Source of the DNA: Desulfuromonadaceae bacterium
GTDB lineage: Bacteria; Desulfobacterota; Desulfuromonadia; Desulfuromonadales; Geopsychrobacteraceae
DNA length: 39,991 nt
Assembly: GCA_016744555.1 (NCBI GenBank)
Contig: JADGED010000001.1
Coordinates: 8,265-48,255 of the forward strand
Direction of reading: 5' to 3'
In this document: one piece after another, positions 39,482-39,991 of the stretch
Layout: each line of letters opens with the position of its first letter
How positions within the stretch are numbered: position 1 is the stretch's first letter
Notes under the pieces: model-generated
Seen by the model: only the letters and a program-made list of their open reading frames with translations
Databases searched by the model: none
Told to the model about the DNA's origin: nothing
Made by a program: the position numbers and the translations under genes

Positions 39482-39991
39482 ATGGCTAATGCTCCTCTTG
39501 TTCTCGCTATCCTTGATGGCTGGGGTATCAGCAGCAGTTGTGACGGTAATGCTGCTTGTCAGGCTCAGACACCTGTTCTTGATCGTCTGCGTCAAAATTG
39601 CCCTAACAGTCGCCTTGGCGCATCTGGTGGCGATGTTGGCTTGCCCGAAGGGCAAATGGGTAACTCTGAAGTTGGCCATTTGAACATTGGCGCCGGTAGA
39701 ATTATTTATCAAGATTTGAGCCGAATTAGTCTCGCAATTGAAGATAAAACCTTTTTTGCTAATCCAACATTGAACCAAGTCTGCAGCCAAATTGCAGCAA
39801 CTGGTGGCACTCTCCACCTCCTCGGACTCCTATCCGACGGTGGAGTACATTCGCACATAACCCACCTTTACGCTTTGGTTTCTTTAGCCAAGCAATGTGG
39901 GGTTAAAGACGTTTGCATCCATGCTTTTCTTGATGGCCGCGACACACCACCTCAAAGCGCCATTGACTACCTACAACAACTAGAAACCAAA
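39482..39991 (+). CDS. gpmI: 2,3-bisphosphoglycerate-independent phosphoglycerate mutase (3' truncated)
   Basis: Read from sequence: [15 protein letters not shown]...[22 protein letters not shown]...[11 protein letters not shown]...[11 protein letters not shown]. Absent from the ORF track because it has no stop in the window. Confidence 0.96.
   Translation, partial: MANAPLVLAILDGWGISSSCDGNAACQAQTPVLDRLRQNCPNSRLGASGGDVGLPEGQMGNSEVGHLNIGAGRIIYQDLSRISLAIEDKTFFANPTLNQVCSQIAATGGTLHLLGLLSDGGVHSHITHLYALVSLAKQCGVKDVCIHAFLDGRDTPPQSAIDYLQQLETK

Noticed and set aside
39434-39817. ORF-track ORFs 39434-39817 (-) and 39489-39683 (+)
   Set aside because: Shadow frames of gpmI, which starts at 39482. Other short ORFs nested in or antisense to long genes were dismissed the same way.

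Overview
AT-rich chromosomal window, most likely from a Desulfuromonadales-type deltaproteobacterium (inferred from the multiheme cytochrome, several sigma-54 activators, PilZ/GGDEF proteins and the rplU-rpmA-obgE-proB-proA-nadD-rsfS-rlmH-dksA-TPR-gpmI block). The first ~31 kb is rich in signalling and stress genes: end of an octaheme cytochrome c, two hybrid histidine kinases, an orphan AbiEi-like gene, a CLC-CBS channel, an arsR-arsP-thioredoxin operon, a sigma-54 OFA/SatP transporter locus, two iron-sulfur flavoproteins, umuDC, a PilZ + sigma-54 activator upstream of hsp20-hsp20-clpB, a diguanylate cyclase, a REC-PilZ-GAF protein and a B12 radical SAM. The last ~8 kb is housekeeping. Top observation: the MEDS-domain gene that the ORF track ends at 17093 continues in frame through a TGA at the family's conserved Cys (TAC-U-QYD). 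A SECIS-like hairpin starts 11 nt after the TGA, and the extended frame's stop overlaps the start of a hybrid kinase (TAATG). This is a candidate selenocysteine sensor of a two-component system; a simple nonsense mutation cannot be excluded from this sequence alone. No tRNA, rRNA, CRISPR array or IS element was recognised.
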